This document shows, in pieces, positions 54,671-64,000 of a stretch of DNA of 64,000 nucleotides. The translations under genes and the position numbers were made by a program. How positions within the stretch are numbered: the stretch's first letter is position 1; every line of letters starts with the position of its first letter. The stretch is from Vulcanimicrobiota bacterium (GTDB taxonomy: Bacteria; Vulcanimicrobiota; Vulcanimicrobiia; Eremiobacterales; Eremiobacteraceae): positions 1,632,001-1,696,000 of the forward strand of contig CAWETU010000001.1 of the NCBI GenBank assembly GCA_963812135.1, written 5' to 3'. The notes below the pieces were generated by a model. That model searched no databases and was not told where the DNA came from. It saw nothing but the letters and a program-made list of their open reading frames with translations.

Positions 54671-55347
54671 GTCGTCTGCACCTGGGCGCCGGCGGTCGCG
54701 GCCTCGACGATGGCGCGGTGAACCGTGTCAACGGGCTGCGTGCCGTCCACGCGATGCAGCAAGCCCTTCTTCTCGTAGAACGCGATGAGCGGCCTGGTCG
54801 ACTTGTCGTAGACGTCGAGCCGGTGCGAGACGGTCGCCTCGGTATCGTCCTCGCGCTGCTCCAGCGCGTGGCGGCAGTGGTCGCAGACATCGTCCACCCT
54901 GGGCGGCGCCGACACCACATTGTAGTTCGTGCCGCAATTCGGGCACACGCGCCGGCCGGTCAAACGCCGGATCAGCTCGTCGCGCGGCACCGTGAGCTTG
55001 ACCACTGCGTCCAGATGCTGACCGAGCCGCGCGAGCAGCGCGTCCAATGCCGCGGCCTGGACGGGGGTCCGGGGGAAACCGTCAAGGATCCAGCCTTGCG
55101 CGACGTCGGGCTGTTGCAAGCGCTCGTCCACGATGCCGATGGTCACCGCATCGGGCACGAGTGCGCCTCTGTCCATGTACTTGCGCGCCATCACGCCCAT
55201 CGGCGAGCCTGCCGCCTTGGCGGCACGGAACATGTCGCCCGTCGAGATATGCGGCAGCCCCAAACGCTTGGTGAGCAGCTCGGCTTGCGTGCCTTTGCCG
55301 GCGCCCGGGGCGCCCAGCAGCAGCAGCCGGAATCCATTGTCGCTCAC
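54667..55347 (-). CDS. adk: Adenylate kinase (zinc-lid type)
   Basis: GAPGAGKGTQA, STGDMFR, LDGFPRT and CPNC...CDHC lid. Confidence 0.97.
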   Translation of the reverse strand: MSDNGFRLLLLGAPGAGKGTQAELLTKRLGLPHISTGDMFRAAKAAGSPMGVMARKYMDRGALVPDAVTIGIVDERLQQPDVAQGWILDGFPRTPVQAAALDALLARLGQHLDAVVKLTVPRDELIRRLTGRRVCPNCGTNYNVVSAPPRVDDVCDHCRHALEQREDDTEATVSHRLDVYDKSTRPLIAFYEKKGLLHRVDGTQPVDTVHRAIVEAATAGAQVQTT

Positions 55348-56639
55348 TTGTTGATGAACCCGCGGTAATCGCGCATCGCAAGGCGCGCTTCGAGTTGGGT
55401 CATGGTGTCGAGCGCGACGCCGACGACGATGAGCAGCGACGTGCTGCCCAAGAAGATCGTCGTGATGTGCGTGAACGCTTGCGTGACGTTCGGCAGGATC
55501 GCGAGGACGCCGAGATAGATGGCGGCGACGAAGGTGATGCGGTGCAAGATCTTCTGCAAGTAGTCCGAGGTAGGCTTGCCCGGCCGGATGCCGGGGATGA
55601 AGCCGCCCTGCTTCTTGAGCGAATCCGCGATGTCCATGATGTTGATGACGACTTCGCTATAGAAGAACGTGAAGCCGACGACGAGCAAGAAGTACACGAC
55701 ATTGTACAAGAAGCTGCCGTAGTTGAAATACAAGCTCATGAAGCGGTTGAAACCGTCGGCGAGCGGCGTGTGGTAGTTGGCGGCCCACGCGGAGATCTGC
55801 TGCGGCAGCAGCAGGATCGAGATCGCGAAGATGATCGAGATGACGCCCGCGTTGTTCAAGCGCAGCGGGATGTAGGTGCTGCGCCCGCCATACACCTTGC
55901 GGCCGACGACGCGCTTGGCGTACTGCACCGGCACGCGGCGCTGGCCTTGGTACATAAAGACGATCGAGATCAGCGAGATGATCGCGATCGCGACGAACAG
56001 CAGCAGTCCGAACCAGTTGAGGCCGCCGGCTTGGCCGAGCGAAACGGTCTCTTTGAAATACGTGGGGTAGCGCAAGATGATGCCGACGAAGATGATGAGC
56101 GAGACACCATTGCCGACGCCCTTGTCCGTGATCTGCTCGCCGAGCCACATGAGCCAGACCGTGCCGGCGGTCAGGGTCAAGATCACGCCCACGAGATAGA
56201 ACAGATCGGTGCGCGCAAAGACTTGATTTCGGTTGAGCGCCACGACCATCGTGGTCGCCTGCACCAGCGCCAGGATGACCGTGAGCCATCGCGTCCACAG
56301 GCCGACCCGCTTGCGGCCTTCCTCGCCGCCATGCTGCATGAGCTCTTTGACTTCCGGGAAGACGACGGTGGCCAGCTGCATGATGATGCTCGCGTTGATG
56401 TAGGGCGTGATGCCCATCGCGATCACCGAGAAGCGCTGCAGCGCGCCGCCCGACAAGAAGCCGAGGAAGTTGAGGAACTGGCCGGAGCTGAGCATCGCCT
56501 GCCACTTGGTGTGGTCGACGTACGGGATCTGGACGTAGACCGCCATGACGAACAGCGCGAACGCGCCAAATACGAACAGGAGCCGGTTGCGGAGCTCCGG
56601 CACGACGAGCGCGTTGGCTAAGTTACGCCACATCACCAT
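55344..56639 (-). CDS. secY: Preprotein translocase subunit SecY
   Basis: MGITPYINASII, WLGEQIT..GVGNG.S, IPGIRPG and GSTSLLIVVGV. Start at 56639 or 56633. Confidence 0.98.
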   Translation of the reverse strand: MVMWRNLANALVVPELRNRLLFVFGAFALFVMAVYVQIPYVDHTKWQAMLSSGQFLNFLGFLSGGALQRFSVIAMGITPYINASIIMQLATVVFPEVKELMQHGGEEGRKRVGLWTRWLTVILALVQATTMVVALNRNQVFARTDLFYLVGVILTLTAGTVWLMWLGEQITDKGVGNGVSLIIFVGIILRYPTYFKETVSLGQAGGLNWFGLLLFVAIAIISLISIVFMYQGQRRVPVQYAKRVVGRKVYGGRSTYIPLRLNNAGVISIIFAISILLLPQQISAWAANYHTPLADGFNRFMSLYFNYGSFLYNVVYFLLVVGFTFFYSEVVINIMDIADSLKKQGGFIPGIRPGKPTSDYLQKILHRITFVAAIYLGVLAILPNVTQAFTHITTIFLGSTSLLIVVGVALDTMTQLEARLAMRDYRGFINK

Positions 56640-56649
56640 TGGCGGTGCG

Positions 56650-57108
56650 TCACTCCTCGAATACCGCACCAGCGGCTTCGAGTTTGGCTCGAGCCGGGGC
56701 GGAGAAGACGACGTCTTTGAAGCGCAGACCCTTGGGCGCGTCGCCCACGCTGAGGATCTTGATGCCGTCGCGCATGCGCGTGATCAGGCCGGCGTCGCGC
56801 AACGCATCGGGCGTCACGACCGCTTTGGCATCCCAATCCGTCAGGTCCGCGAGGTTGATGACGGAATAGGTCGTCTTGAAGATCGCGTGCGGGCGCGATT
56901 TTTGCGAGACGCCTTTGCGCTGCGGCAAACGGCGGAACCAGGGCGTCTGGCCGCCCTCGAACGTGCGGCCCTTGCCGCCGCCCGAACGCGCCGTCTGGCC
57001 CTTGCCGCCTTTGCCTGCGGTCTTCACCATGCCGCTGCCATGGCCGCGGCCGATGCGCACGCGCTTGGTCTTGCTGCCGGGCGCGGGCTTAAGATGCGAC
57101 AGCTTCAT
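56650..57108 (-). CDS. rplO: 50S ribosomal protein L15
   Basis: [17 protein letters not shown] and FEGGQTP. Confidence 0.97.
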   Translation of the reverse strand: MKLSHLKPAPGSKTKRVRIGRGHGSGMVKTAGKGGKGQTARSGGGKGRTFEGGQTPWFRRLPQRKGVSQKSRPHAIFKTTYSVINLADLTDWDAKAVVTPDALRDAGLITRMRDGIKILSVGDAPKGLRFKDVVFSAPARAKLEAAGAVFEE

Positions 57109-57646
57109 CCGTGGTCTCCTTGACTTCAGCCGTGGTTTCCTTAGTCTCTCTGCCGAACAGCTCGGCGACGGTCTTGCCGCGCTGCTTGGCGACCTGTTCT
57201 GCGGTGCGCAGCGACTTGAGGCCCGCGACGGTCGCCTGGATGACGTTGATCGGATTGTTGGTGCCCAGCGATTTGGTCAGGATGTCGTGCACGCCCGCGA
57301 GCTCGAGCACCGCGCGCATCGCGCCGCCCGCGATGACGCCCGTTCCCTTGCTGGCCGGCTTCATGAGCACTTTGCCCGCGCCGACGTGCGAGAGAATGGG
57401 GTGCGGGATCGTGCGGCCGACCATCGGCACGGTGATGAGCGCGCGCCGAGCCGCCTCAACGCCCTTGCGAATCGCTTCTGGAACCTCGCGCGCCTTGCCC
57501 AAGCCGTAGCCGACGCGTCCCTGGCGATCACCCACGACGACGAGCGCGCTGAAACTGAAGCGCTTGCCGCCCTTGACCACCTTCGCGACGCGGTTGACCC
57601 GAACGACTTGCTCTTCGAGTCCAGAACCGTCCGTGATACGTGCCAC
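57089..57646 (-). CDS. rpsE: 30S ribosomal protein S5
   Basis: [14 protein letters not shown] and GTGVIAGG. Confidence 0.98.
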   Translation of the reverse strand: MARITDGSGLEEQVVRVNRVAKVVKGGKRFSFSALVVVGDRQGRVGYGLGKAREVPEAIRKGVEAARRALITVPMVGRTIPHPILSHVGAGKVLMKPASKGTGVIAGGAMRAVLELAGVHDILTKSLGTNNPINVIQATVAGLKSLRTAEQVAKQRGKTVAELFGRETKETTAEVKETTDEAVAS

Positions 57647-57649
57647 TGT

Positions 57650-58018
57650 CTAAAACTCCAAACCGGCGCCGCGCGCGGCGTCTGCCAGCGCTTTGATGCG
57701 CCCGTGGTACTTGTAGCCGCCGCGATCGAACACGACGGATGTCACGCCTTTTTCCTTGGCGCGTTCTGCGACGATCGTGCCGACGCGCTCGGCCGCCGCC
57801 ATGCTCGACAGCGACTCCAGACCCTGCGCCACCGTCTTCTCGCGGGTGGACGCCGCGACGAGCGTGCGGCCCGTCGAATCGTCGATCACCTGCGCGTAGA
57901 CATGGTGCAGGCTGCGGAAGACCGACAGCCGTGGCCGTTGCGCCGACCCGTTCATGCGCTTGCGGATCCGGTCGTGCCGGCGCACGCGCAGCGCGTTTCT
58001 GCTCTTCACTGTCGCCAT
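57650..58018 (-). CDS. rplR: 50S ribosomal protein L18
   Basis: RPRLSVFRS and [11 protein letters not shown]. Confidence 0.98.
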   Translation of the reverse strand: MATVKSRNALRVRRHDRIRKRMNGSAQRPRLSVFRSLHHVYAQVIDDSTGRTLVAASTREKTVAQGLESLSSMAAAERVGTIVAERAKEKGVTSVVFDRGGYKYHGRIKALADAARGAGLEF

Positions 58019-58590
58019 TATTTCTTGCCCCCGGCGCCGCCGGCCGCGCCCGCGGTCTTACCAGCTTTGCCCAGTTTGCGGCGCACGCGCTCGCCTTCGT
58101 AGCGGATGCCCTTGCCTTTGTACGGCTCGGGCGGCCTGATCGCGCGGATCTGCGCCGCGAGCTGGCCCACCATCTGCTTGTCCGCGCCGCTGACGGTGAT
58201 CTTGTTCGTGCCCTCGACCTTGATGTCGATGCCCGCCGGCGGCTCGACGACGACCGGGTGCGAGTAGCCGACCGAGACGTTGAGCTTCTTGCCCTGCGCC
58301 TGCGCGCGGTAGCCGACGCCGACGATGTCGAGCTGCTTGGAGAACCCGGTGGTCACGCCGAGCACCATGTTGGCGATCAACGTGCGCGTCAAACCGTGCA
58401 GCTGCTTGCTGCGCTTGTCGTCGTTCGGGCGCGTGACGCTCACGCTCGCGCCGTCGACTTTGACGTCGATGGGCTCAGCGCAGCGCAACGAGAGCTCGCC
58501 TTTTGGCCCTTTGACCGTCACCACGCGCTGGTCGTAGCCGACTTTCACGCCGCTGGGCACGTCGATGGCCATTCGTCCGATTCTGCTCAT
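58018..58590 (-). CDS. rplF: 50S ribosomal protein L6
   Basis: MSRIGR, VKGPKG and [13 protein letters not shown]. Confidence 0.98.
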   Translation of the reverse strand: MSRIGRMAIDVPSGVKVGYDQRVVTVKGPKGELSLRCAEPIDVKVDGASVSVTRPNDDKRSKQLHGLTRTLIANMVLGVTTGFSKQLDIVGVGYRAQAQGKKLNVSVGYSHPVVVEPPAGIDIKVEGTNKITVSGADKQMVGQLAAQIRAIRPPEPYKGKGIRYEGERVRRKLGKAGKTAGAAGGAGGKK

Positions 58591-58594
58591 CGCG

Positions 58595-58996
58595 TCACCA
58601 TACGAACGCCATGACTTCACCGCCGGTGCCCAACCGTTTGGCCTGGCGACCGCTGATGATGCCCTTGGGCGTCGACAAGATCACAAGGCCGAGGCCGCCC
58701 ATGCATTTGGGGATCTCGCCTTTGGGCGTGTAGATGCGCAAGCCCGGCCGGCTGATGCGCTGCAGGCCGTTGATGACGCGCTCGCGGCCAGTGCCGTACT
58801 TGAGCGAGAGGCGGATGACATCGCGCGGCGCCTGCTGCACCACGTCGAAGCCTTTGATGAAGCCTTCGGCCTTGAGCAGCTTGGCCAGCTCGAGTTTGAC
58901 GCGTGACGCCGGGATGTCGACGCGCTCCTGGAACGCGGTGTTCGCGTTGCGGATGCGCGTCAGCATGTCGGCGACCGGATCGGTTATGACTCCCAT
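58595..58996 (-). CDS. rpsH: 30S ribosomal protein S8
   Basis: [13 protein letters not shown] and ISRPGLRIY. Confidence 0.98.
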   Translation of the reverse strand: MGVITDPVADMLTRIRNANTAFQERVDIPASRVKLELAKLLKAEGFIKGFDVVQQAPRDVIRLSLKYGTGRERVINGLQRISRPGLRIYTPKGEIPKCMGGLGLVILSTPKGIISGRQAKRLGTGGEVMAFVW

Positions 58997-59010
58997 ATTC
59001 CTCTAGTCCC

Positions 59011-59196
59011 TCACCACGACGCCTTGACGACGCCGGGCACTTTGCCCGCATGGGCCAATTCTCTGAAGCAGATGCGGCACAGCGCGAATTTGCGCAAGAA
59101 GCCCTTCGGGCGGCCACATCGCAGACAACGGTTGTGTTTGCGGACCTTGAACTTCGGCGTCCGCTTGCTTTTCTCGATCAAGCATGTCTTGGCCAT
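59011..59196 (-). CDS. rpsN: 30S ribosomal protein S14 (type Z, zinc-binding)
   Basis: MAK...NRCLRCGRP...LCRICFRE...PGVVKASW. Confidence 0.97.
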   Translation of the reverse strand: MAKTCLIEKSKRTPKFKVRKHNRCLRCGRPKGFLRKFALCRICFRELAHAGKVPGVVKASW

Positions 59197-59200
59197 CGCG

Positions 59201-59755
59201 TTATGCCGCCGCTCCTTCTTTGCGCAGCGGCATGCCCATCTCGGCAAGAAACGCCAGCGCCTCTTCGTCGTTGCCCGCGCTCGTCACGATGACGATGTCC
59301 ATCCCGCGGACGCGGTCGACTTTGTCGTAATTGATCTCCGGAAACACGAGCTGCTCTTTGAGCCCGAGCGCATAGTTGCCACGGCCGTCCAGCGACGAGC
59401 GCGACGTGCCGCGAAAGTCGCGGATGCGCGGCAGCACGATGTTGACGAGCTTATCGAAGAACGCGTACATGCGCTCGCCGCGCAGCGTCACCTTCGCGCC
59501 GACCTGCATGCCGGCGCGCAGCTTGTACACCGCGATGCTCTTGGTCGCGCGCGTCACCAGCGGCTTTTGCCCGGTGATCGCGGCCAGATCGGATACCGCG
59601 CCATCCATCGCCTTGGGCTCAGTGACGGCTTCGCCGACGCCCATGTTGACGACGATCTTGCGCAAGCGCGGCACCTGCATCGGGTTTTTGTACCCGAAGC
59701 GCTTGGTGAGCGCAGGCACGACCTGCTTCTCGTAGCGTTCTCTCATCCTGTTCAT
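59201..59755 (-). CDS. rplE: 50S ribosomal protein L5
   Basis: [16 protein letters not shown] and LPRIRDFRG. Confidence 0.98.
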   Translation of the reverse strand: MNRMRERYEKQVVPALTKRFGYKNPMQVPRLRKIVVNMGVGEAVTEPKAMDGAVSDLAAITGQKPLVTRATKSIAVYKLRAGMQVGAKVTLRGERMYAFFDKLVNIVLPRIRDFRGTSRSSLDGRGNYALGLKEQLVFPEINYDKVDRVRGMDIVIVTSAGNDEEALAFLAEMGMPLRKEGAAA

Positions 59756-59760
59756 CGTTC

Positions 59761-60096
59761 TTAAACCTTCACGGGCCGGTCGGCGGCCTCGCCGCAGCGC
59801 CGGCAGATACGCTCTTTGCCTTCGCCCTTGATCACGCGCGCCAGCTTGCTGGGCTTGTTGCACTTCGGGCACACGTACATAAGCCGGCTCACGGACATCG
59901 GCAACTCTTTTTCGAGAATACCCGCCTTGGCTTTTTGCGTCGCCTTGGTGTGCCGCTTGACGACGTTGACGCCTTCGACTTCCGCCACGCCCTCGTGACG
60001 GCGCACGAGTTTGATCTTGCCGCGCTTGCCTTTGTATTTGCCGGACAGCACCATGACGGTGTCGCCTGCGGCCAGTCGCGTCTGTTTCACCATCAC
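59761..60096 (-). CDS. rplX: 50S ribosomal protein L24
   Basis: KOW motif [16 protein letters not shown] and [10 protein letters not shown]. Confidence 0.97.
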   Translation of the reverse strand: MMVKQTRLAAGDTVMVLSGKYKGKRGKIKLVRRHEGVAEVEGVNVVKRHTKATQKAKAGILEKELPMSVSRLMYVCPKCNKPSKLARVIKGEGKERICRRCGEAADRPVKV

Positions 60097-60461
60097 AGGA
60101 CCTCCGGCGCGAGCGAGATGATCTTCATGAAGTCGCGATCGCGCAGCTCACGGGCGACCGGACCGAAGATGCGCGTGCCGCGCGGGTTGTTCTGTTCGTT
60201 GAGGAGCACGGCGGCGTTCTCGTCGAAGCGGATGAACGAGCCGTCGGGCCGGCGCATCTTCTTCTTCTGGCGCACGATGACGGCCGACACGACGTTGCCC
60301 TTCTTCACGGCCGCGCCGGGAATGGCGCTCTTGACCGTGGCCACGACGATGTCGCCGACGTATGCATACGGATGGCGCGAGCCGCCCTTGACGTGGAACA
60401 CCATGAGCTCGCGCGCGCCCGAGTTGTCCGCGACCTTGAGCCGCGTCTGCGATTGGATCAC
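60093..60461 (-). CDS. rplN: 50S ribosomal protein L14
   Basis: [20 protein letters not shown] and SLAPEVL. Confidence 0.98.
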   Translation of the reverse strand: MIQSQTRLKVADNSGARELMVFHVKGGSRHPYAYVGDIVVATVKSAIPGAAVKKGNVVSAVIVRQKKKMRRPDGSFIRFDENAAVLLNEQNNPRGTRIFGPVARELRDRDFMKIISLAPEVL

Positions 60462-60742
60462 TTCGCCCGCTCCATGATCTCGATCAGCCGCCAGCGCTTG
60501 CGCGCGGACAGCGGACGCGTCTCGACGATGCGCACGAGGTCGCCCACCTTCGCTTCGTTCTTCTCGTCGTGCGCCATATACCGCGTCGAACGCATTGCGA
60601 TCTTGCCATACTGCGCGTGTGCTTTGCTGACTTGCGACTTCACGACGATGCTCTTGTCCATCTTGTCCGACACGACGCGCCCGACGCGCACTTTGCGCAC
60701 GCCTCGGTCGTGTGTCTGATCTTGCGTCTTCGTCTCTTCCAT
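60458..60742 (-). CDS. rpsQ: 30S ribosomal protein S17
   Basis: [16 protein letters not shown] and ETRPLS. Confidence 0.98.
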   Translation of the reverse strand: MEETKTQDQTHDRGVRKVRVGRVVSDKMDKSIVVKSQVSKAHAQYGKIAMRSTRYMAHDEKNEAKVGDLVRIVETRPLSARKRWRLIEIMERAK

Positions 60743-60749
60743 TATCTTT

Positions 60750-60965
60750 TTAGCCGGCTAGGCGGCGCTGCGCCAGGAGGGTGTATAGTTGTGCGATGTT
60801 GCGCCGCAGCTTGCTGACCTTGGCGTGATCCTCCAGATGGCCCGTGACCAGCTGGAAGCGCAGGTTGAACATCTCTTCTTTAGTTGCCGTGAGCTTGTCC
60901 TCAAGCTCGCGGACGGTGAGCTCGCGCAGCGAGCGCAATTCGCTAGGCTTCAACGGACTCACCAA
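60750..60965 (-). CDS. rpmC: 50S ribosomal protein L29
   Basis: [13 protein letters not shown]...RRNIAQ. Confidence 0.96.
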   Translation of the reverse strand: MVSPLKPSELRSLRELTVRELEDKLTATKEEMFNLRFQLVTGHLEDHAKVSKLRRNIAQLYTLLAQRRLAG

Positions 60966-61374
60966 TCCCTTCGCGCCGCACGAACTTCGTAGCGATCGGC
61001 AGCTTGGATGCGGCCAGTTTGAGGGCTTCCTTGGCGACGGCTAGCTCGACGCCGGCCAGTTCGAACAAGATGCGGCCGGGGCGCACGACGGCGACCCAGC
61101 CCTCGGGCGCGCCCTTGCCTGAACCCTGGCGCGTTTCCGCAGGCTTCTTCGTGTACGATTTGTCGGGAAACACCGTGATCCAGACCTTGCCGCCGCGCTT
61201 CATGTGGCGGGTGAGCGCGATACGTGCGGCTTCGATCTGGCGGTTGCTCAGCCATACCGGCTCGAGCGCTTGTAGGCCGTACTCGCCGAAGTGCAGCGCA
61301 CTGCCCGATTGCGCACGTCCCTTCATGCGGCCGCGCTGCATCTTGCGATACTTGACGCGTTTTGGCATCAACAT
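60943..61374 (-). CDS. rplP: 50S ribosomal protein L16
   Basis: [19 protein letters not shown] and GSGKGAPE.W. Confidence 0.98.
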   Translation of the reverse strand: MLMPKRVKYRKMQRGRMKGRAQSGSALHFGEYGLQALEPVWLSNRQIEAARIALTRHMKRGGKVWITVFPDKSYTKKPAETRQGSGKGAPEGWVAVVRPGRILFELAGVELAVAKEALKLAASKLPIATKFVRREGIGESVEA

Positions 61375-61377
61375 CGG

Positions 61378-62241
61378 TTACGTTCCCTCCGGCTTGGCGG
61401 CTTCGACCGGCGGCGTGGCTTCGACGGCGGCCTCGGTCGTCACCGGCGTGGCACCTTCAACAGGCGCTGGCGCGGCTTCGACCGGCGGCGCGCCGACGGC
61501 GGCCTCGGTGGTCACTGGAGCTGCCGGCGTCGCACCGTCCGCAGGCGTTTCTGCTTTTGGCCGGCGTGGGCGCCGCTCGCGCGGACGCAGATCTTGTTCT
61601 TGCTTGGGCCGTCCATCGGGGAGCACTTCTCCGAGATAGATCCACACTTTGACGCCGATGCGGCCGTAGGTGGTGTACGCCTCGACCTGCGCGTAGTCGA
61701 TGTTGGCGCGCAGCGTGTGCAGCGGCACCTTGCCTTCGAAGTTGCGCTCGACGCGCGCGATCTCGGCGCCGCCGAGGCGTCCGCCGCATTGCACTTTGAT
61801 GCCGCGCGCGCCGGCTTTCATGGTGCGTTGGATCGCCTGGCGCATGGCGCGCCGGAACGCGATGCGCTTCTCGAGCTGGTCGATGATATTGTTGGCGACG
61901 AGCTTCGAGTCGAGCTCGGGGTGCTTGATCTCGATGACGTTGACGTTGACCGGCTTGCCGACGACGCGCTCGAGCTTCTTGCGCAGGTCTTCGATGCCGG
62001 CGCCGCGCTTGCCGATGATGATGCCCGGCTTCGCGGTGTTGATCACAACGCGCACCTGGTTGGCGCGCCGCTCGATCTGCACGCGCGACACGCCGGCCGA
62101 ACGCGACAGTTCGTCGATGACGGCGCGGATGCGCAGGTCCTCGTGCAGCTTATCTTTATATTGCTTGCCCTCGAACCAGAGCGAATCCCACGTGCGGACG
62201 ATGCCCAGGCGCATGCCGATGGGGTTGACCTTCTGACCCAT
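61378..62241 (-). CDS. rpsC: 30S ribosomal protein S3 with repetitive C-terminal tail
   Basis: [16 protein letters not shown] and [10 protein letters not shown]. Confidence 0.98.
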   Translation of the reverse strand: MGQKVNPIGMRLGIVRTWDSLWFEGKQYKDKLHEDLRIRAVIDELSRSAGVSRVQIERRANQVRVVINTAKPGIIIGKRGAGIEDLRKKLERVVGKPVNVNVIEIKHPELDSKLVANNIIDQLEKRIAFRRAMRQAIQRTMKAGARGIKVQCGGRLGGAEIARVERNFEGKVPLHTLRANIDYAQVEAYTTYGRIGVKVWIYLGEVLPDGRPKQEQDLRPRERRPRRPKAETPADGATPAAPVTTEAAVGAPPVEAAPAPVEGATPVTTEAAVEATPPVEAAKPEGT

Positions 62242-62242
62242 G

Positions 62243-62584
62243 CTAGCTGCCTTCCCCGTCCGACACGGTGATGGTCACGTGTGACATTCTCTTCCTTTTC
62301 AGACCTGCCGACCCGCGCGCGCGCGCTTCGACGCGTTTGAACATCGGGCCGCCGTCGACCGTCGCCGTGGCGATGATCAGATCGCCGGGCTTCATGCCGT
62401 GGTTGTTCTCGGCGTTCGCGGCCGCCGATTGCACCAGTTTGCGGATCGCCTTGCTCGCCTCGAGCGTCGAGAACGACAGCTCGACCAGCGCGCGATCGAC
62501 CCGCTTGCCGCGAATCACGTCGACGACGCGACGCGCCTTGCGCGGCGGGACCTTCAGGAACTTCACGGTTGCCTGTGCTTGCAT
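62243..62584 (-). CDS. rplV: 50S ribosomal protein L22
   Basis: PRKARRV...SAAANAENN...RARG...SHVTI. Confidence 0.97.
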   Translation of the reverse strand: MQAQATVKFLKVPPRKARRVVDVIRGKRVDRALVELSFSTLEASKAIRKLVQSAAANAENNHGMKPGDLIIATATVDGGPMFKRVEARARGSAGLKRKRMSHVTITVSDGEGS

Positions 62585-62586
62585 GA

Positions 62587-62895
62587 TTACTTGATCACCG
62601 CGGGGGCCGCGGTCGCGGTGGCTTCGGCCTTGGCTGCGCCTTGGCCGTGACCGCGGAAGATGCGCGTCGGCGCGAATTCGCCGAGCTTGTGACCGACCAT
62701 GTTCTCTTGCACGTACACGGGCACGTGCTTGCGGCCGTCGTGCACGGCGATCGTGTGGCCGACCATGGCGGGCACGATCGTCGACGCGCGCGACCACGTC
62801 TTGATGACCTTTTTCTCGCGCGTCGAATTCATCTTCTCGATCTTGGCGAGCAGATGGTCGGCGATGAACGGTCCTTTTCTGATCGAACGGCTCAT
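62587..62895 (-). CDS. rpsS: 30S ribosomal protein S19
   Basis: [17 protein letters not shown] and [13 protein letters not shown]. Confidence 0.98.
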   Translation of the reverse strand: MSRSIRKGPFIADHLLAKIEKMNSTREKKVIKTWSRASTIVPAMVGHTIAVHDGRKHVPVYVQENMVGHKLGEFAPTRIFRGHGQGAAKAEATATAAPAVIK

Positions 62896-63719
62896 TTTTT
62901 GCTCCGGCGTTTCACGATGAATTTGTTGGTGCGCTTGTTGCGGCGCGTCTTTTTGCCCATGGTCATCACGCCCCACGGCGTTGTGGGCGGACGGCCCGCG
63001 GTCGAGCGCGCCTCGCCGCCGCCGTGCGGATGGTCGACCGGGTTCATGGCGATGCCGCGGACCTGCGGACGGCGTCCGAGCCAGCGGATGCGCCCGGCCT
63101 TGCCGATCACTTGGTTCTCATGCTCCAAGTTGCCGAGCTGGCCGATCGTCGCGCGGCACGTCACCGCGATCATGCGCACTTCGCCCGAAGGCATGCGCAC
63201 CTGCGCGTACTCGCCTTCCTTGGCCATCAGCTGCGCGGCGCCGCCGGCGCTGCGCACCAGCTTGCCGCCGCCGCCGGGCGTCATCTCGATGTTGTGGATG
63301 ATGGTGCCCAACGGAATGGAGGAAAGCGGCAGCGCGTTGCCCGTCTTGATGTCCGCTTCTGGGCCAGACAGGACGACGTCGTTGACCGCTAAGCCGAGCG
63401 GCGCCAAGATGTAGCGCTTCTCGCCGTCGCGGTAATGCAGTAGCGCGATGCGCGCCGAGCGGTTGGGATCGTATTCGATCGCCGCGACGCGGGCGGGCAC
63501 GCCGTCCTTGCGGCGTACGAAATCGATCCGCCGGTACATCTGCTTGTGTCCGCCGCCACGATGGCGCACGGTGATATGCCCGTTGAAGTTGCGCCCCGCG
63601 TGCTTTTGCTGCGACTCGATGAGCGCGTTCTCGGGCTTGCTCTTGGTGATGTCGTCGAACGCCGTGATCGTCATGAAGCGGCGTCCAGGCGAGGTCGGTT
63701 TGAATTTCTTTATCGCCAT
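62892..63719 (-). CDS. rplB: 50S ribosomal protein L2
   Basis: [17 protein letters not shown] and [12 protein letters not shown]. Confidence 0.98.
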   Translation of the reverse strand: MAIKKFKPTSPGRRFMTITAFDDITKSKPENALIESQQKHAGRNFNGHITVRHRGGGHKQMYRRIDFVRRKDGVPARVAAIEYDPNRSARIALLHYRDGEKRYILAPLGLAVNDVVLSGPEADIKTGNALPLSSIPLGTIIHNIEMTPGGGGKLVRSAGGAAQLMAKEGEYAQVRMPSGEVRMIAVTCRATIGQLGNLEHENQVIGKAGRIRWLGRRPQVRGIAMNPVDHPHGGGEARSTAGRPPTTPWGVMTMGKKTRRNKRTNKFIVKRRSKK

Positions 63720-63720
63720 C

Positions 63721-64000
63721 TTAAGACTCGAAGTAGTTCACGCCGCCGAGCTCGATCTTGTCGCCCTCTTTGAGCGTCACGATCGCCTTCTTCCAGGCGC
63801 TCTGCATTTCGACGGGACGGCGCGTCGGGCGGCGCATGTTGCGCCCCGATTTCGCCGGCACGCTGACCGTGTTCACGCGCAACACCGTCACCTTGAACAG
63901 GCTCTCGACGGCTGCTTTGATGTGATGCTTGTTGGCGCGCTTGTCGACTTCAAACGCGTATTGGCCGCGCCCCGTGCCGGCCACCGACTTCTCGGTGACG
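63721..64000 (-). CDS. rplW: 50S ribosomal protein L23 (5' end outside the window)
   Basis: VTEKS...YAFEVD..ANK..IK.AVE.LF.V.V..VNT...WKKAIVTL. Confidence 0.96.
   Translation of the reverse strand, partial: VTEKSVAGTGRGQYAFEVDKRANKHHIKAAVESLFKVTVLRVNTVSVPAKSGRNMRRPTRRPVEMQSAWKKAIVTLKEGDKIELGGVNYFES

Noticed and set aside
7743..63414. Many long opposite-strand or alternative-frame ORFs (e.g. 7743-10037, 22051-23484, 36098-37933, 45171-46664, 51956-53386, 55395-56621)
   Set aside because: Shadows of real genes caused by high GC3; no RBS, motifs or protein-like composition.

Overview
High-GC bacterial chromosome, mostly core genes. The gene repertoire suggests a Terrabacteria lineage such as Candidatus Eremiobacterota/Vulcanimicrobiota; this is inference and was not verified. 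From left to right: two tRNA-Ala genes bracketing secreted/membrane accessory genes; a metzincin protease; a YtpB-type terpene synthase; RNase P RNA; rapZ-yvcK; an IclR-led 2-hydroxyacid dehydrogenase (frameshifted)/glycerate kinase/thioesterase unit; a ctaA-ctaB-[tRNA-Leu]-coxBAC caa3 oxidase cluster with two small membrane ORFs and SCO; aroA; a dnaE-HAD-ftsQ-ftsA-ftsZ string; an OFA-family MFS transporter and pckA; a complete trpEGDCFBA operon; and the rplW-to-rplQ part of the S10-spc-alpha ribosomal superoperon (no rpmD). I saw no integrase, transposase, prophage or CRISPR array. The most notable signals are non-coding or hidden: (1) four DnaA boxes, three at exact 21-bp spacing, directly upstream of ftsA-ftsZ, plus a Gram-positive-type LexA box in front of dnaE, which together suggest a replication/damage-to-division control locus; (2) a riboswitch-like structured leader with a 10-nt anti-Shine-Dalgarno upstream of the OFA transporter; (3) an unannotated WWWW leader peptide with attenuator before trpE; (4) two GTAG-type REP families, one with copies embedded in-frame in dnaE; (5) a glycerate kinase with no usable start codon, in frame behind the dehydrogenase TGA. 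All calls come from reading motifs by eye; no searches were run.
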